A stretch of DNA of 64,000 bases from positions 8,945 through 72,944 of the forward strand of contig JAAYBL010000144.1 of NCBI GenBank assembly GCA_012718945.1, in the 5' to 3' direction. This DNA is from Bacteroidales bacterium. Its GTDB lineage: Bacteria; Bacteroidota; Bacteroidia; Bacteroidales; UBA1402. Made by a program: the position numbers and the translations under genes. Of this stretch, positions 1-8,906 are shown one piece after another; positions within the stretch are counted from its first letter, which is position 1; each line of letters starts with the position of its first letter. The notes under the pieces were generated by a model. The model was not told where the DNA came from. It worked only from the letters and a program-made list of their open reading frames with translations, and did not search any database.

Positions 1-2
1 CC

Positions 3-227
3 GTCGTACACTTGCGTAATGGCAACTATGGCCTTATTGAAATAAAACTGGGAGGTGATCACCTGATAGAAAATGGGGCCTCAACCCTACTTGCCCTTGC
101 ATCAAAAATTGACACCACAAGAATGAAAAGTCCCTCATTCCTCATGGTATTGACAGCATCAAGCAGTTTCGCCTACAGACGAAAGGACGGCATTTATGTT
201 GTTCCGATTTCATGCTTGAAAGACTGA
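3..227 (+). CDS. C-terminal fragment of an ATPase (DUF4143-type AAA ATPase tail); 5' end lies outside the window
   Basis: The reading frame is open from the window edge. The tail ...GLIEIKLGG...GIYVVPISCL resembles the C-terminus of DUF4143 ATPases. This is recognition by eye only. Confidence 0.4.
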   Translation, partial: VVHLRNGNYGLIEIKLGGDHLIENGASTLLALASKIDTTRMKSPSFLMVLTASSSFAYRRKDGIYVVPISCLKD

Positions 228-274
228 TTAGTAAACCGTTGAACCTTATTCCTTCTGTCCCACGAATTCTCGTC

Positions 275-988
275 TCACCGAAAGAACCGCTTCAGCACCA
301 TCAACCCCTTATCTCCGGTCATATCGGCCCGCCATTCCAAGGCCATGAGGACTTCTTCCTTGAGTTCGGGGTAGGCTTTTACAAAATCGGCCAGTTTTCT
401 GGCAGTATAGGAAATCAGACCAGGCTGGGAGGCCGGATCCTGAAACACCTTGAAAAGCCAATCGAGCAAATCACCTTCGCGGTACGGTTGGATGGGCAGG
501 CAAAGCAGAGCACCCAGGCCGTTGCGTTTGACGGACGTATTGTCGGTAGCCAGGACACCATCCAGCAATTGATCATGATGAATCGCCACACCTTCGGGAT
601 TTTTCCTGGCCACGTGCAGCAACAGGTGGGAGGCGTACTGGGGGAAGGGATGCACATCACCGGAAACAGCCAAGTCCACCAGACCCTTGACCCGCTCCGG
701 CAAGACCGCCCATTCGTCAACCACCGACAAAAAGTCAGTCGAACGGCCGTATTCACTCAAGGTTTCCCTGACCCACCGTGCTTCCACGGAGAGGTTGACA
801 GGTTCCGGTATTTTTCTGGTTTTTCTTGCCATAGTCTCGGCCCAAAAGTACATAAAATCGCGCATTGTTGCGTATTCTGGAAACAGTCCTGCCAAGCTAC
901 CACTTTTTTTCTCACCTTTGTCGGTGTGTTTGACACAAAGGCCCGAAGGGGCTTTTATCATAGGTAATAATCTGAAATCTACGACCAA
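275..988 (-). CDS. Hypothetical alpha-helical protein, function not recognised (possibly a HEAT-like repeat protein); the true start is probably internal
   Basis: The maximal ORF is 237 aa. Candidate ATG starts lie at 865, 853 and 832, and a TACTTTTG box at 843-850 favours ATG 832. The 251-aa ORF on the opposite strand is compositionally implausible and looks like a shadow ORF. Confidence 0.5.
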   Translation of the reverse strand: MVVDFRLLPMIKAPSGLCVKHTDKGEKKSGSLAGLFPEYATMRDFMYFWAETMARKTRKIPEPVNLSVEARWVRETLSEYGRSTDFLSVVDEWAVLPERVKGLVDLAVSGDVHPFPQYASHLLLHVARKNPEGVAIHHDQLLDGVLATDNTSVKRNGLGALLCLPIQPYREGDLLDWLFKVFQDPASQPGLISYTARKLADFVKAYPELKEEVLMALEWRADMTGDKGLMVLKRFFR

Positions 989-3711
989 TGAAACACCTAA
1001 CCTTATTAATTTTCACGATAATGAGCATATCCCTGTTGGCTCAGCCCTCCAGTGGCAACCTGCCCCAGATTGACATTCCCTGTACGAAATACGTGTTGGA
1101 CAACGGTCTGACCCTACTTGTCCACGAAGATAGCCGAACCCCGTTGATCTCTCTCTGCCTGTATTATCACGTAGGGAGTAAAGATGAGAAACAGGGCAAG
1201 ACCGGCTTCGCACACCTATTTGAGCACATCATGTTCACCAGTACGGAGCATTGGGACAACTTCGACGCCATACTTCAATCCGTGGGCGGAGGAAACAACA
1301 ATGCCAGCACGTACTACGACAGGACCAACTTCTATGAAACATTCACCAAAGCCGGCCTTGAGCGGGTACTTTGGCTGGAAGCCGACCGCATGGGCTTTTT
1401 GGCCAAGGGCTTGGACAGCGTCAAGGTCGACGTCCAACGGGGTGTGGTCATGAACGAGAAACGTCAGTATGACAACCAACCATACAACATCGCCGAGGAA
1501 ATCCTGGCCAAAGGCACTTACCCACAGGGACATCCCTACTCCTGGACAGTCATTGGCAGCATGGAAGACCTGGCAGCAGCCACGATCGATGACGTCAAAG
1601 AGTGGTTCAACAACTATTACGGCCCCAACAACGCCGTACTCAGCCTGGCCGGCGACATCAAACCGGAAGAGGCCTTGACACTGGTTAAAAAATACTTCGA
1701 CGCCATACCGGCCTGCCCGCCCATCACCAGACCAAAAAGTTGGGTAGCCAAGATGACAGGCACGCAACACCAGGTCGCCCTCGACAGGGTGCCGCAAGCC
1801 AGGTTGTATAAAGTATGGAACGTACCCGGCTGGGGCTCTGAAGCTCAGGCCCACCTTAACCTGTTGGGTATGATTATGGCTTCTGACAAATCATCCAGGC
1901 TGTACAAGCGACTCGTCTCAGACGAAGGCCTGGCCAGCGAGGTGTTCGCTTTTGTGGATGATAAGGAAATCAGTGGCCAGTTCTACCTCATCGCCAACGC
2001 CAGAGAAGGCGTGGAACTATCGGCCATCGACGCTGTGATTGAAGAAGAATTACGACGCCTGCTTAAGGAAGGCCCCACTCAGGCGGAAGTCGAGCGGGTG
2101 AGGACGGCCTATTACGCCGGCTTTGTACGCGGTTTGGAACGATTGAGCAACAAAAGCGACCTGTTGGCCGCCTGCGAAACATACATGGGACGTCCCGACC
2201 ACTACAAACAGGATCTGGCCTGGATGGTAAACGCCACACCAGCCCAACTCAAACAAACGGCCAACGAATGGCTGGAAGATGGTAGTTTCAGGCTGGACAT
2301 CCTGCCCTACCCAGAGCATAGCAACGCCGAAGACAACCTGGACAGGACTCAAATGCCTGCCGTAGATAAAACACCAAACACCGCCTTTCCGACGACGAGA
2401 ACCTTTACCCTGAGTAACGGACTGCCTGTCTACCTGATCGAACAGCACAACCTGCCCCTCATTCGGATGCACGCCTGCTTCGACGCCGGTTATGCGGCTG
2501 ACCACACCACACAGAGTCCGGGTCTGGCTTACCTGACAGGCACCATGATGATGGAAGGCACCGAAAACCGTTCGGGAGAAGAGCTGAGCGAAGCCCTCAA
2601 CAACCTGGGCAGCACCTTGCAGGTATACTCCAGGCTGGACAAAACATACATGTCCCTCAATAGCCTCAGCCAACGTTTCGATGCCTCCCTCAACCTCTTC
2701 GCCGAAGTTCTACTCAAACCGACCTATCCTGAAGAAAGTGTGGAGCGCGAGAAAGCCCGCCAGCTCCTGGGTATTCAGCAAGAGCTGTCAAATCCCTCTC
2801 AACTAGCCTCACGGGTATTAAACGGCCTGCTGTACGGTGCCGAACACCCCTATGGACAGCCCAACTCAGGTCTGGGTACGGAAAAGAGTGTGCAAGCCAT
2901 CAAGCGTTCCGACATACAGGCTTTTCACCAATCCTGGTTCAGACCCAACAACGGCTTTTTGGTGGTAGCCGGCGACATCAGTGAAGCCGACTTGAAAACC
3001 AAATTGGAAAAGGCGTTTGCCGACTGGAAAAAGGGCCGGATGCCGGTGAAATCGACCTCGACCATCACCGCGTCAAACAAATCCAAGCTATACCTAATTG
3101 ACAAACCGGGGGCTGCTCAATCCGTCGTGTTGGCCGCCAACCTCGCCCCCACCGGCTTTGATAAAGACTGGGAGGCCTACCAACTGATGAACACCCTGTT
3201 GGGAGGATCGTTCTTGTCACGCTTAAACGCAAACCTGAGGGAGGAAAAACACTGGACCTACGGCGCCCGATCAATCATTCGCCAATACACAGGGCAAGGC
3301 GCTTTTGTGGCGGTAACCTCTGTCCAAAGCGATAAAACGGCGGAAACCGTGCAGGAGATGCTCAAGGAATTCAAGGGCATCCTGTCATCGAAGCCCATTA
3401 CCGAAGCAGAATTTCGGGCTGAGCAGACCAACACGGTATTGTCCATCCCCAACGACTGGGAAACGCTGTCAGGCTTGACGGGCTCGTTGGTTAACGCCCT
3501 CGAATTCGGGAAAACACCAGCTTGGCTGCAAACGTACACAACCAGCCTTCAAGCGCTGACCACCAAGGAAGTCAACCAAGCGGCCAAAACCATTGTCAAA
3601 CCCGACCAGATGGTGTGGGTTATTGTAGGCGATAAATCACAAATTGAGGAAAGCCTGAAAAAGTTGCCCATGGGTGAATACACCCTCATGGATCCACTCA
3701 GTATACCCTGA
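988..3711 (+). CDS. Secreted M16 (pitrilysin/insulinase) family zinc peptidase, double-length form
   Basis: HxxEH zinc motif in FAHLFEHIMF. Signal peptide MKHLTLLIFTIMSISLLAQ. The 907-aa length equals two tandem M16 units. Confidence 0.9.
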   Translation: MKHLTLLIFTIMSISLLAQPSSGNLPQIDIPCTKYVLDNGLTLLVHEDSRTPLISLCLYYHVGSKDEKQGKTGFAHLFEHIMFTSTEHWDNFDAILQSVGGGNNNASTYYDRTNFYETFTKAGLERVLWLEADRMGFLAKGLDSVKVDVQRGVVMNEKRQYDNQPYNIAEEILAKGTYPQGHPYSWTVIGSMEDLAAATIDDVKEWFNNYYGPNNAVLSLAGDIKPEEALTLVKKYFDAIPACPPITRPKSWVAKMTGTQHQVALDRVPQARLYKVWNVPGWGSEAQAHLNLLGMIMASDKSSRLYKRLVSDEGLASEVFAFVDDKEISGQFYLIANAREGVELSAIDAVIEEELRRLLKEGPTQAEVERVRTAYYAGFVRGLERLSNKSDLLAACETYMGRPDHYKQDLAWMVNATPAQLKQTANEWLEDGSFRLDILPYPEHSNAEDNLDRTQMPAVDKTPNTAFPTTRTFTLSNGLPVYLIEQHNLPLIRMHACFDAGYAADHTTQSPGLAYLTGTMMMEGTENRSGEELSEALNNLGSTLQVYSRLDKTYMSLNSLSQRFDASLNLFAEVLLKPTYPEESVEREKARQLLGIQQELSNPSQLASRVLNGLLYGAEHPYGQPNSGLGTEKSVQAIKRSDIQAFHQSWFRPNNGFLVVAGDISEADLKTKLEKAFADWKKGRMPVKSTSTITASNKSKLYLIDKPGAAQSVVLAANLAPTGFDKDWEAYQLMNTLLGGSFLSRLNANLREEKHWTYGARSIIRQYTGQGAFVAVTSVQSDKTAETVQEMLKEFKGILSSKPITEAEFRAEQTNTVLSIPNDWETLSGLTGSLVNALEFGKTPAWLQTYTTSLQALTTKEVNQAAKTIVKPDQMVWVIVGDKSQIEESLKKLPMGEYTLMDPLSIP

Positions 3712-4546
3712 GTTGTTGGCCAATTTTTAGCAAGAAACCTTTCAGGTTATTGAGCGATTGAAGCTCTTTTACCGTTTTGCCGTGGCGTTTGCCCAGAGAG
3801 TACAAGGTGTCCCCTTTTTGCACCCGCACGTACTGTGGGTCATTACACGAAACATCAACCGTTGTGAGTGTACTGTCAGAGGTCTGACTACCTTGGGCAG
3901 CCATCGCACCAGCCGTGTGCTTCTTGTCGTGAAAACCAAAAACCAGCTCCCTGGCGCCTACAACGATGTTTTTTTTCAGCGTACCCGATGCAAAGTCGAA
4001 GTAGCGCTCCGGGTTCTGGGGAGCCCCATGCCGCCTGACCTCAAAATGCAGGTGGTTGGTGGTAGCCCTACCCGTTCTTCCGCCCAATCCTATCGGTTGA
4101 GCGGCCAAGACGGATTCACCCTCCTTGACCAACATTTTACTCAGGTGGGAATAGTAGGTCTCGTAGCCATCGGCATGTGTGATGATGACCAGTTTTCCGT
4201 AGCCAGAATAATTTTTAGCCATCTTGACCACGCCTTTCAAAGCCGCTTTGACCGTGTCGCCCTGTTGAAGCTTGATGTCCGATCCGGTGTGTCTACGACC
4301 ACCCCTGGAGCCAAAAGGGCTGATGACCTTACCCACATAGGGACAGCAATGATGAATAGCGGATGAATCAACCACCAACGAGAGGTGCGATTCAAACGGG
4401 GTTGCTTCGGCTGCCAAGTCTTCCAGGTTTACCGAGGCAGACTCTGATGTAGGATTGGTAGCCAGACCCATGGTGCCGGCCAAAAACAGACAAACGAACG
4501 TAAGGTGACGAGGGCGATTATTGATAGGTTGTTTCTTCGTTGACAT
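3698..4546 (-). CDS. M23 family metallopeptidase with a C-terminal LysM domain
   Basis: M23 core motifs HTGSDI...GYGKLVIITHADGYETYYSHL...NHLHFEV. The LysM-like tail is YVRVQKGDTLYSLGKRHGKTVKELQSLNNL. An N-terminal signal sequence is present. Confidence 0.85.
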   Translation of the reverse strand: MSTKKQPINNRPRHLTFVCLFLAGTMGLATNPTSESASVNLEDLAAEATPFESHLSLVVDSSAIHHCCPYVGKVISPFGSRGGRRHTGSDIKLQQGDTVKAALKGVVKMAKNYSGYGKLVIITHADGYETYYSHLSKMLVKEGESVLAAQPIGLGGRTGRATTNHLHFEVRRHGAPQNPERYFDFASGTLKKNIVVGARELVFGFHDKKHTAGAMAAQGSQTSDSTLTTVDVSCNDPQYVRVQKGDTLYSLGKRHGKTVKELQSLNNLKGFLLKIGQQLRVY

Positions 4547-7500
4547 CGGTAGATTGTTTCAAATAAACGGAAGGCCTCATCCCATAGTATTTCTTAAAAC
4601 AAAGACTAAAGTATTTGGGATCGTTAAACCCTGTTTGAAAGGCGACTTCCATGATGGTAAAATTGTGTGTATCCAACAACTGCCGCGCCCTTTTCAAGCG
4701 CATTTCCTGAACAAATTCAACAGGGGTCAAGCCCAGAATGGCTTTCAGTTTGTTGGTGAAAACAGAACGCCCCAGGTTAAGGGCTTCCGCAAATTCCGAG
4801 ATGGTTAATTGGGCGTTGTCCATGTTGGTTTCCATAAAGTTCATCACTTTCTCGACAAACACTTCATCGGCCGGTGTGATGTGTGGCAGGCTAGGCTCAA
4901 GGGTTAATGTCGCCCTACCTTCTACCTTATCAGACAAGGATTCCAACAAGCGCAACCGTAAATGACGGCGTTGCTCAATCATAGCGTTCACCCTAGCCCT
5001 TAAGTAATTTGCGCTGAATGGTTTCATCACATAGTCGTCGGCACCCAACTCGACCCCTTTAATACGGCTCTCCACCCCAGTCTTGGCTGTCAATAAAATA
5101 ACAGGGATGTGGTAAATATCAGGATCACCCTTGATGTGGCTTACCAATTCAAAACCATCCATGGTAGGCATCACCACATCACTAATAATCAGATCAGGCC
5201 ATACCATTTTTGCAGCTTGTAAACCTTCAGCCCCGTCGGAAGCTTCTACAACATTGAATTGGTCATTCAACAGGTTGTGAATAAAACTCCTCAAATCTGG
5301 ATTGTCTTCTACAACCAGCACTGTGGCTTTCTCTACCTCCTGAACAGTCTCGGAAATAAGGGGTTCTACCGGCTGTTGGTTACCCTGATCGGTTCCATCG
5401 TCCACCAGGTAGTCCACCTTGTCGCCTTCGAAGTGAGCCTTGCCAAGTTGAAAGCAAACGGTAAATCGACTCCCTTTTTGTTCTTCGCTTTCAGCAATCA
5501 CCGTAGCGTGGTGCAAATCAGCAAATCGTTTCACAAGAGACAAGCCCAATCCAGAAGATGTTTTAAACAAGTTGCTGGTGGCCACGGTCTCGAAGCGTTG
5601 AAAAATGTCTCCCAACCGATCCTTGGGTATGCCTTGACCTTCGTCTTCGACGCTCACCACCAGTTTGTCCGCTAGTTGTTCCATCGTTACGGTAATGGAC
5701 TTCCCATCAGGTGTATACTTGATGGCATTGGCCAACAAATTGAAGAAGAGCTTTTCAATTTTATCCCTGTCCAGCCAAAGCGGTTCAAGGGTCGCTGTGC
5801 CTTGCATTAATCGGAGGGTAAGACGATGCTGGTGAGCTAATTCCTCAAATTGTTCCAACACCTGCTCCAACAAGTTCTTGATATCAAGCTGTTCGAGCAA
5901 GAGACTCATCTTGTTGTGTTGCAATTTGCGGAAATCCAGGATTTGATTGACCATGGTCAACATACGACTAGCGTTGCTTTGCACCAATTCAAGGTAATGC
6001 CTTGAACGCGGTGTGAGCGAAGTATCCTGAAGGACTTCACTGACTGGCCCGTCGATGAGGGTCAAAGGCGTCCTTAATTCGTGGGAAATATCAGTGAAGA
6101 AATTCAGTTTGATGTCCGTCATCTGCTGTTCCAGTGTCAACCGATGTCTTAAATTATAGAAGCGTTGGTAGAATTCAAACACCAGCCACAACAATAACAA
6201 TACAATGATACCAATGACCAAGTGTCCCCAGAATTGTTCAAAGAATCGAGGTTTCACATACAACGTCACCAGGGTTTCATTGTCCACCCAAACGCCGTCC
6301 CCATTGGTCGACTTCAGGTGCAGCACGTGCTTTCCCTTAGGCAGGTTGAGGTAGGTGATACGGTTTTCATCGGTCTCTGTCCAATGTTCGTCTACCTCCT
6401 CCAGGTAATAGGCATACCGGATGGGAGCAGTGCGTTGGTAATCCAGGGCTGCAAAGTGCAAGGTCAGATTACGTTCGTTCGATTTAAGAATCAGCGTATT
6501 GTCATCCCCAAGGCGATTATAAACCGGTTGGTTTTGCACAAGCAAGTCGGTCATCACAAGGGGCGGTTGGTAACGCCGCTTCGTCAAAGCCAAAGGATCA
6601 AGGGTTAGCAGGCCGTTCAACGTGCCCACATGAAAAAGGCCATTACGGTACAAAGGCTTAGCCTCAGACAGTAGCACGTGATAACCGAGTTGAGATGTTC
6701 TGAACACATCAATACTACCCGAGTCCGGATCCAGGCGTGTAAAAGCATCGCTACTGATGATCCACAGCCTACCCCTGGCATCTTCAATCAACGAGAAAGC
6801 GATATCCGATGCCAACCCTTGTTTTTTTGTCAAGGTTTCAAAACGCAGGTTGTCGGATAATAAATTGTCAGAAAGAATGCGGTCTACCCCTCCACTGTTG
6901 GTTGCCACATACAAAGCACCGCTTCTGGATGGGTAAACATACATGACATCGTTGTCGCTGAGAGAGCCAGCATCGCTTCCTTTAATGTTTCGGTGCAAAG
7001 TGAGTGCTTCAGGGCTGTCAAAACGAGCGTCAAACACAAACAGGCCTTCTTTTGAACCCACCATGACCACACCGGGAGCGACTTCCCCCACAAAACGCAC
7101 AGCCTGTGGCATCACTTTTGAGCCTTGGCGTCCCAATCCATTGTCAATATGGCGGAAACGGCCATCCTGCCATAGGTTGAGCCCACCGTCATACGTACCC
7201 ACCCAAATCTGCCCGTAACTATCTTCAGTAATGGAATAAACAGATTCACCACGCAAGCCACCATTATCAGAAGCAGCACCGTTGTAATGGGTCACAGTGT
7301 ACTGTTCGCCCTCACGTTTCGGTTCGAGCAAGTACAGTCCCTGGCTTTTGGAACCTATCCAAATACGGCCTTTGCTGTCATTGAAAAGGGAATAGGCTGA
7401 AGCACCAAAAGGTGTTGGAGCCTTACTGATCTGACCATTGGGATGCAAACGTCCCAAAAATTGATTTTGTGTATCGTACAAGCGGATGTCACCGTCTTTA

Positions 7501-8792
7501 TACCCCAGCCACAATCGGTTATTGTCGTCAGTCATCAAACTGCGAAGCTCGGATTGTCCCAGTTTATAATCCAAACGAACGGGCACGTTGTGACAAGTAA
7601 CTTTGTGTAGAGTGTACGGTTGACGATACCACAGCGACCCCTGCCTGTCTTCAAAATAGCCGTGGTATTCACCCTGACCCTTGTGAGCATTTAAGGGGTA
7701 CTTGAACGTTTGCGTGGCCTCATCAAAATAAAGGATAACGCCCGTCTCGAAAAAAAACAGCCACATCAGGCCCTTATCATCCAGACGAAAGGTAACTCTG
7801 CTGTCAGCAAAACGGCAATCGAGAGGAAGAGGCAACACCTTGTCGACACCCTCCTTGGAGAGACGGTGAATGCGTCGATCCGAAGCTACCCCCCACACTT
7901 GTCCGTTGGAATCGCGGTAAACCCTTTCCAGAACCAAAGAGTTCAACAGCCAGGTCAAACGTGTCGATGTATTGGTAAGATACACGCCTTTATCAGTGGC
8001 CGTCACCAACAAGCCATCGTGTGACGAGACTTGATGATGGATGGCTTTCACCGGCTGGGGAAAGGGTAACGCTGTGAGTCGTTTAGATGAACCGGCAAAC
8101 ACAGCCATCACACCGGTGGAAGCGGTCAACCAAACTTGAGATCCGTTTTCATACAGAAAACGAAAGGGTATGGTGCTGACAGGCTCCTTTTTTCCATATA
8201 AAAAGGCACCGTTCCTGGTCAGAATCCATTCACGACCCCATTTGTCCAACTGTATCGTGAATACATCGTGATTGTGAGCCAATCCAACATCCATTAGGAA
8301 GCAACTGTCCAAAGGCGCAGCATCAGACACACGCAGGCAAAGCCCATTGTTGGCTATCATCCAGGTTACCCCGTTGGAAAGAGCAAAAAAATCGGCGATG
8401 GTCAAAGCCTGCCCTGCCACCTTTTCGAAAGCTGTCTGAACATCGACAAACTGCTCATCATGCTGTCTGAAAAGGTAGATGCGACTTGATGATTGGCACC
8501 ACAGGTCATTCTCACTGTTGACGACGATCTCATCGATGCGATTGCTAAGCAACAGGCTGTTGCTGCCCGGTTCTGATTTGTACTTTCTGATGGTGTACCC
8601 ATCGTACTTGTGAAGGCCGTTGAACGAACTAAACCAGATAAAGCCCAATTTATCCTGCACCACGAAAGATATGCGGCCTTGAATAGCCTCGTGCTCGCTG
8701 GTGAGCGAGTCGATGGTAAGAAAGGGAGTGGCCGACAAGACCACGCTGCTCAACCAGCAACAAAATAGTAACAAGAGACGTGTTGGATTCAT
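4518..8792 (-). CDS. Hybrid two-component system protein (HTCS): periplasmic beta-propeller/Y_Y_Y sensor, HisKA-HATPase, receiver and AraC-type HTH
   Basis: H-box SHELRTPLTLI. Receiver segment VLVVEDNPDLRSF...IISDVVMPTMDG. The C-terminal AraC HTH is ...FNDPKYFSLCFKKYYGMRPS. One TM helix follows about 750 aa of repeats. I start the gene at ATG 8792 (MNPTRLLLLF...), because the track start at 8813 is a TTG inside the -7 box. Confidence 0.9.
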   Translation of the reverse strand: MNPTRLLLLFCCWLSSVVLSATPFLTIDSLTSEHEAIQGRISFVVQDKLGFIWFSSFNGLHKYDGYTIRKYKSEPGSNSLLLSNRIDEIVVNSENDLWCQSSSRIYLFRQHDEQFVDVQTAFEKVAGQALTIADFFALSNGVTWMIANNGLCLRVSDAAPLDSCFLMDVGLAHNHDVFTIQLDKWGREWILTRNGAFLYGKKEPVSTIPFRFLYENGSQVWLTASTGVMAVFAGSSKRLTALPFPQPVKAIHHQVSSHDGLLVTATDKGVYLTNTSTRLTWLLNSLVLERVYRDSNGQVWGVASDRRIHRLSKEGVDKVLPLPLDCRFADSRVTFRLDDKGLMWLFFFETGVILYFDEATQTFKYPLNAHKGQGEYHGYFEDRQGSLWYRQPYTLHKVTCHNVPVRLDYKLGQSELRSLMTDDNNRLWLGYKDGDIRLYDTQNQFLGRLHPNGQISKAPTPFGASAYSLFNDSKGRIWIGSKSQGLYLLEPKREGEQYTVTHYNGAASDNGGLRGESVYSITEDSYGQIWVGTYDGGLNLWQDGRFRHIDNGLGRQGSKVMPQAVRFVGEVAPGVVMVGSKEGLFVFDARFDSPEALTLHRNIKGSDAGSLSDNDVMYVYPSRSGALYVATNSGGVDRILSDNLLSDNLRFETLTKKQGLASDIAFSLIEDARGRLWIISSDAFTRLDPDSGSIDVFRTSQLGYHVLLSEAKPLYRNGLFHVGTLNGLLTLDPLALTKRRYQPPLVMTDLLVQNQPVYNRLGDDNTLILKSNERNLTLHFAALDYQRTAPIRYAYYLEEVDEHWTETDENRITYLNLPKGKHVLHLKSTNGDGVWVDNETLVTLYVKPRFFEQFWGHLVIGIIVLLLLWLVFEFYQRFYNLRHRLTLEQQMTDIKLNFFTDISHELRTPLTLIDGPVSEVLQDTSLTPRSRHYLELVQSNASRMLTMVNQILDFRKLQHNKMSLLLEQLDIKNLLEQVLEQFEELAHQHRLTLRLMQGTATLEPLWLDRDKIEKLFFNLLANAIKYTPDGKSITVTMEQLADKLVVSVEDEGQGIPKDRLGDIFQRFETVATSNLFKTSSGLGLSLVKRFADLHHATVIAESEEQKGSRFTVCFQLGKAHFEGDKVDYLVDDGTDQGNQQPVEPLISETVQEVEKATVLVVEDNPDLRSFIHNLLNDQFNVVEASDGAEGLQAAKMVWPDLIISDVVMPTMDGFELVSHIKGDPDIYHIPVILLTAKTGVESRIKGVELGADDYVMKPFSANYLRARVNAMIEQRRHLRLRLLESLSDKVEGRATLTLEPSLPHITPADEVFVEKVMNFMETNMDNAQLTISEFAEALNLGRSVFTNKLKAILGLTPVEFVQEMRLKRARQLLDTHNFTIMEVAFQTGFNDPKYFSLCFKKYYGMRPSVYLKQSTDVNEETTYQ

Positions 8793-8810
8793 GGTTTGTA
8801 GGTCACCCTG

Positions 8811-8818
8811 CAAAAATA
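8811..8818 (-). promoter_or_regulatory. Putative -7 promoter box TATTTTTG for the HTCS gene
   Basis: The reverse complement of caaaaata matches the Bacteroidota sigma-A -7 consensus TAnnTTTG. It lies about 19 nt upstream of ATG 8792. Confidence 0.45.
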
Positions 8819-8874
8819 GGGAAAAAATACACCTTTTGCACGCAGTCCTCCCCTCTTACCTCGTTTTAAACCCC

Positions 8875-8882
8875 TATTTTTG
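8875..8882 (+). promoter_or_regulatory. Putative -7 promoter box TATTTTTG for the GH3 gene
   Basis: tatttttg matches TAnnTTTG and lies 25 nt upstream of ATG 8907. Confidence 0.45.
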
Positions 8883-8906
8883 CCCATGTTTAACGTTATT
8901 ACCTTC

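Noticed and set aside
937-955. The hairpin AAAGGCCC-GAA-GGGGCTTT followed by T residues
   Set aside because: It lies in the divergent 5' region, or the dubious N-terminal extension, of the 275-988 gene. No plus-strand gene ends there, so a terminator role is unsupported.
212-967. A 251-aa ORF on the plus strand, opposite the 275-988 gene
   Set aside because: Its composition is rich in His, Gln and Gly with no recognisable motif. It fully shadows a minus-strand ORF that has protein-like helical periodicity, so I treat it as an antisense shadow ORF.
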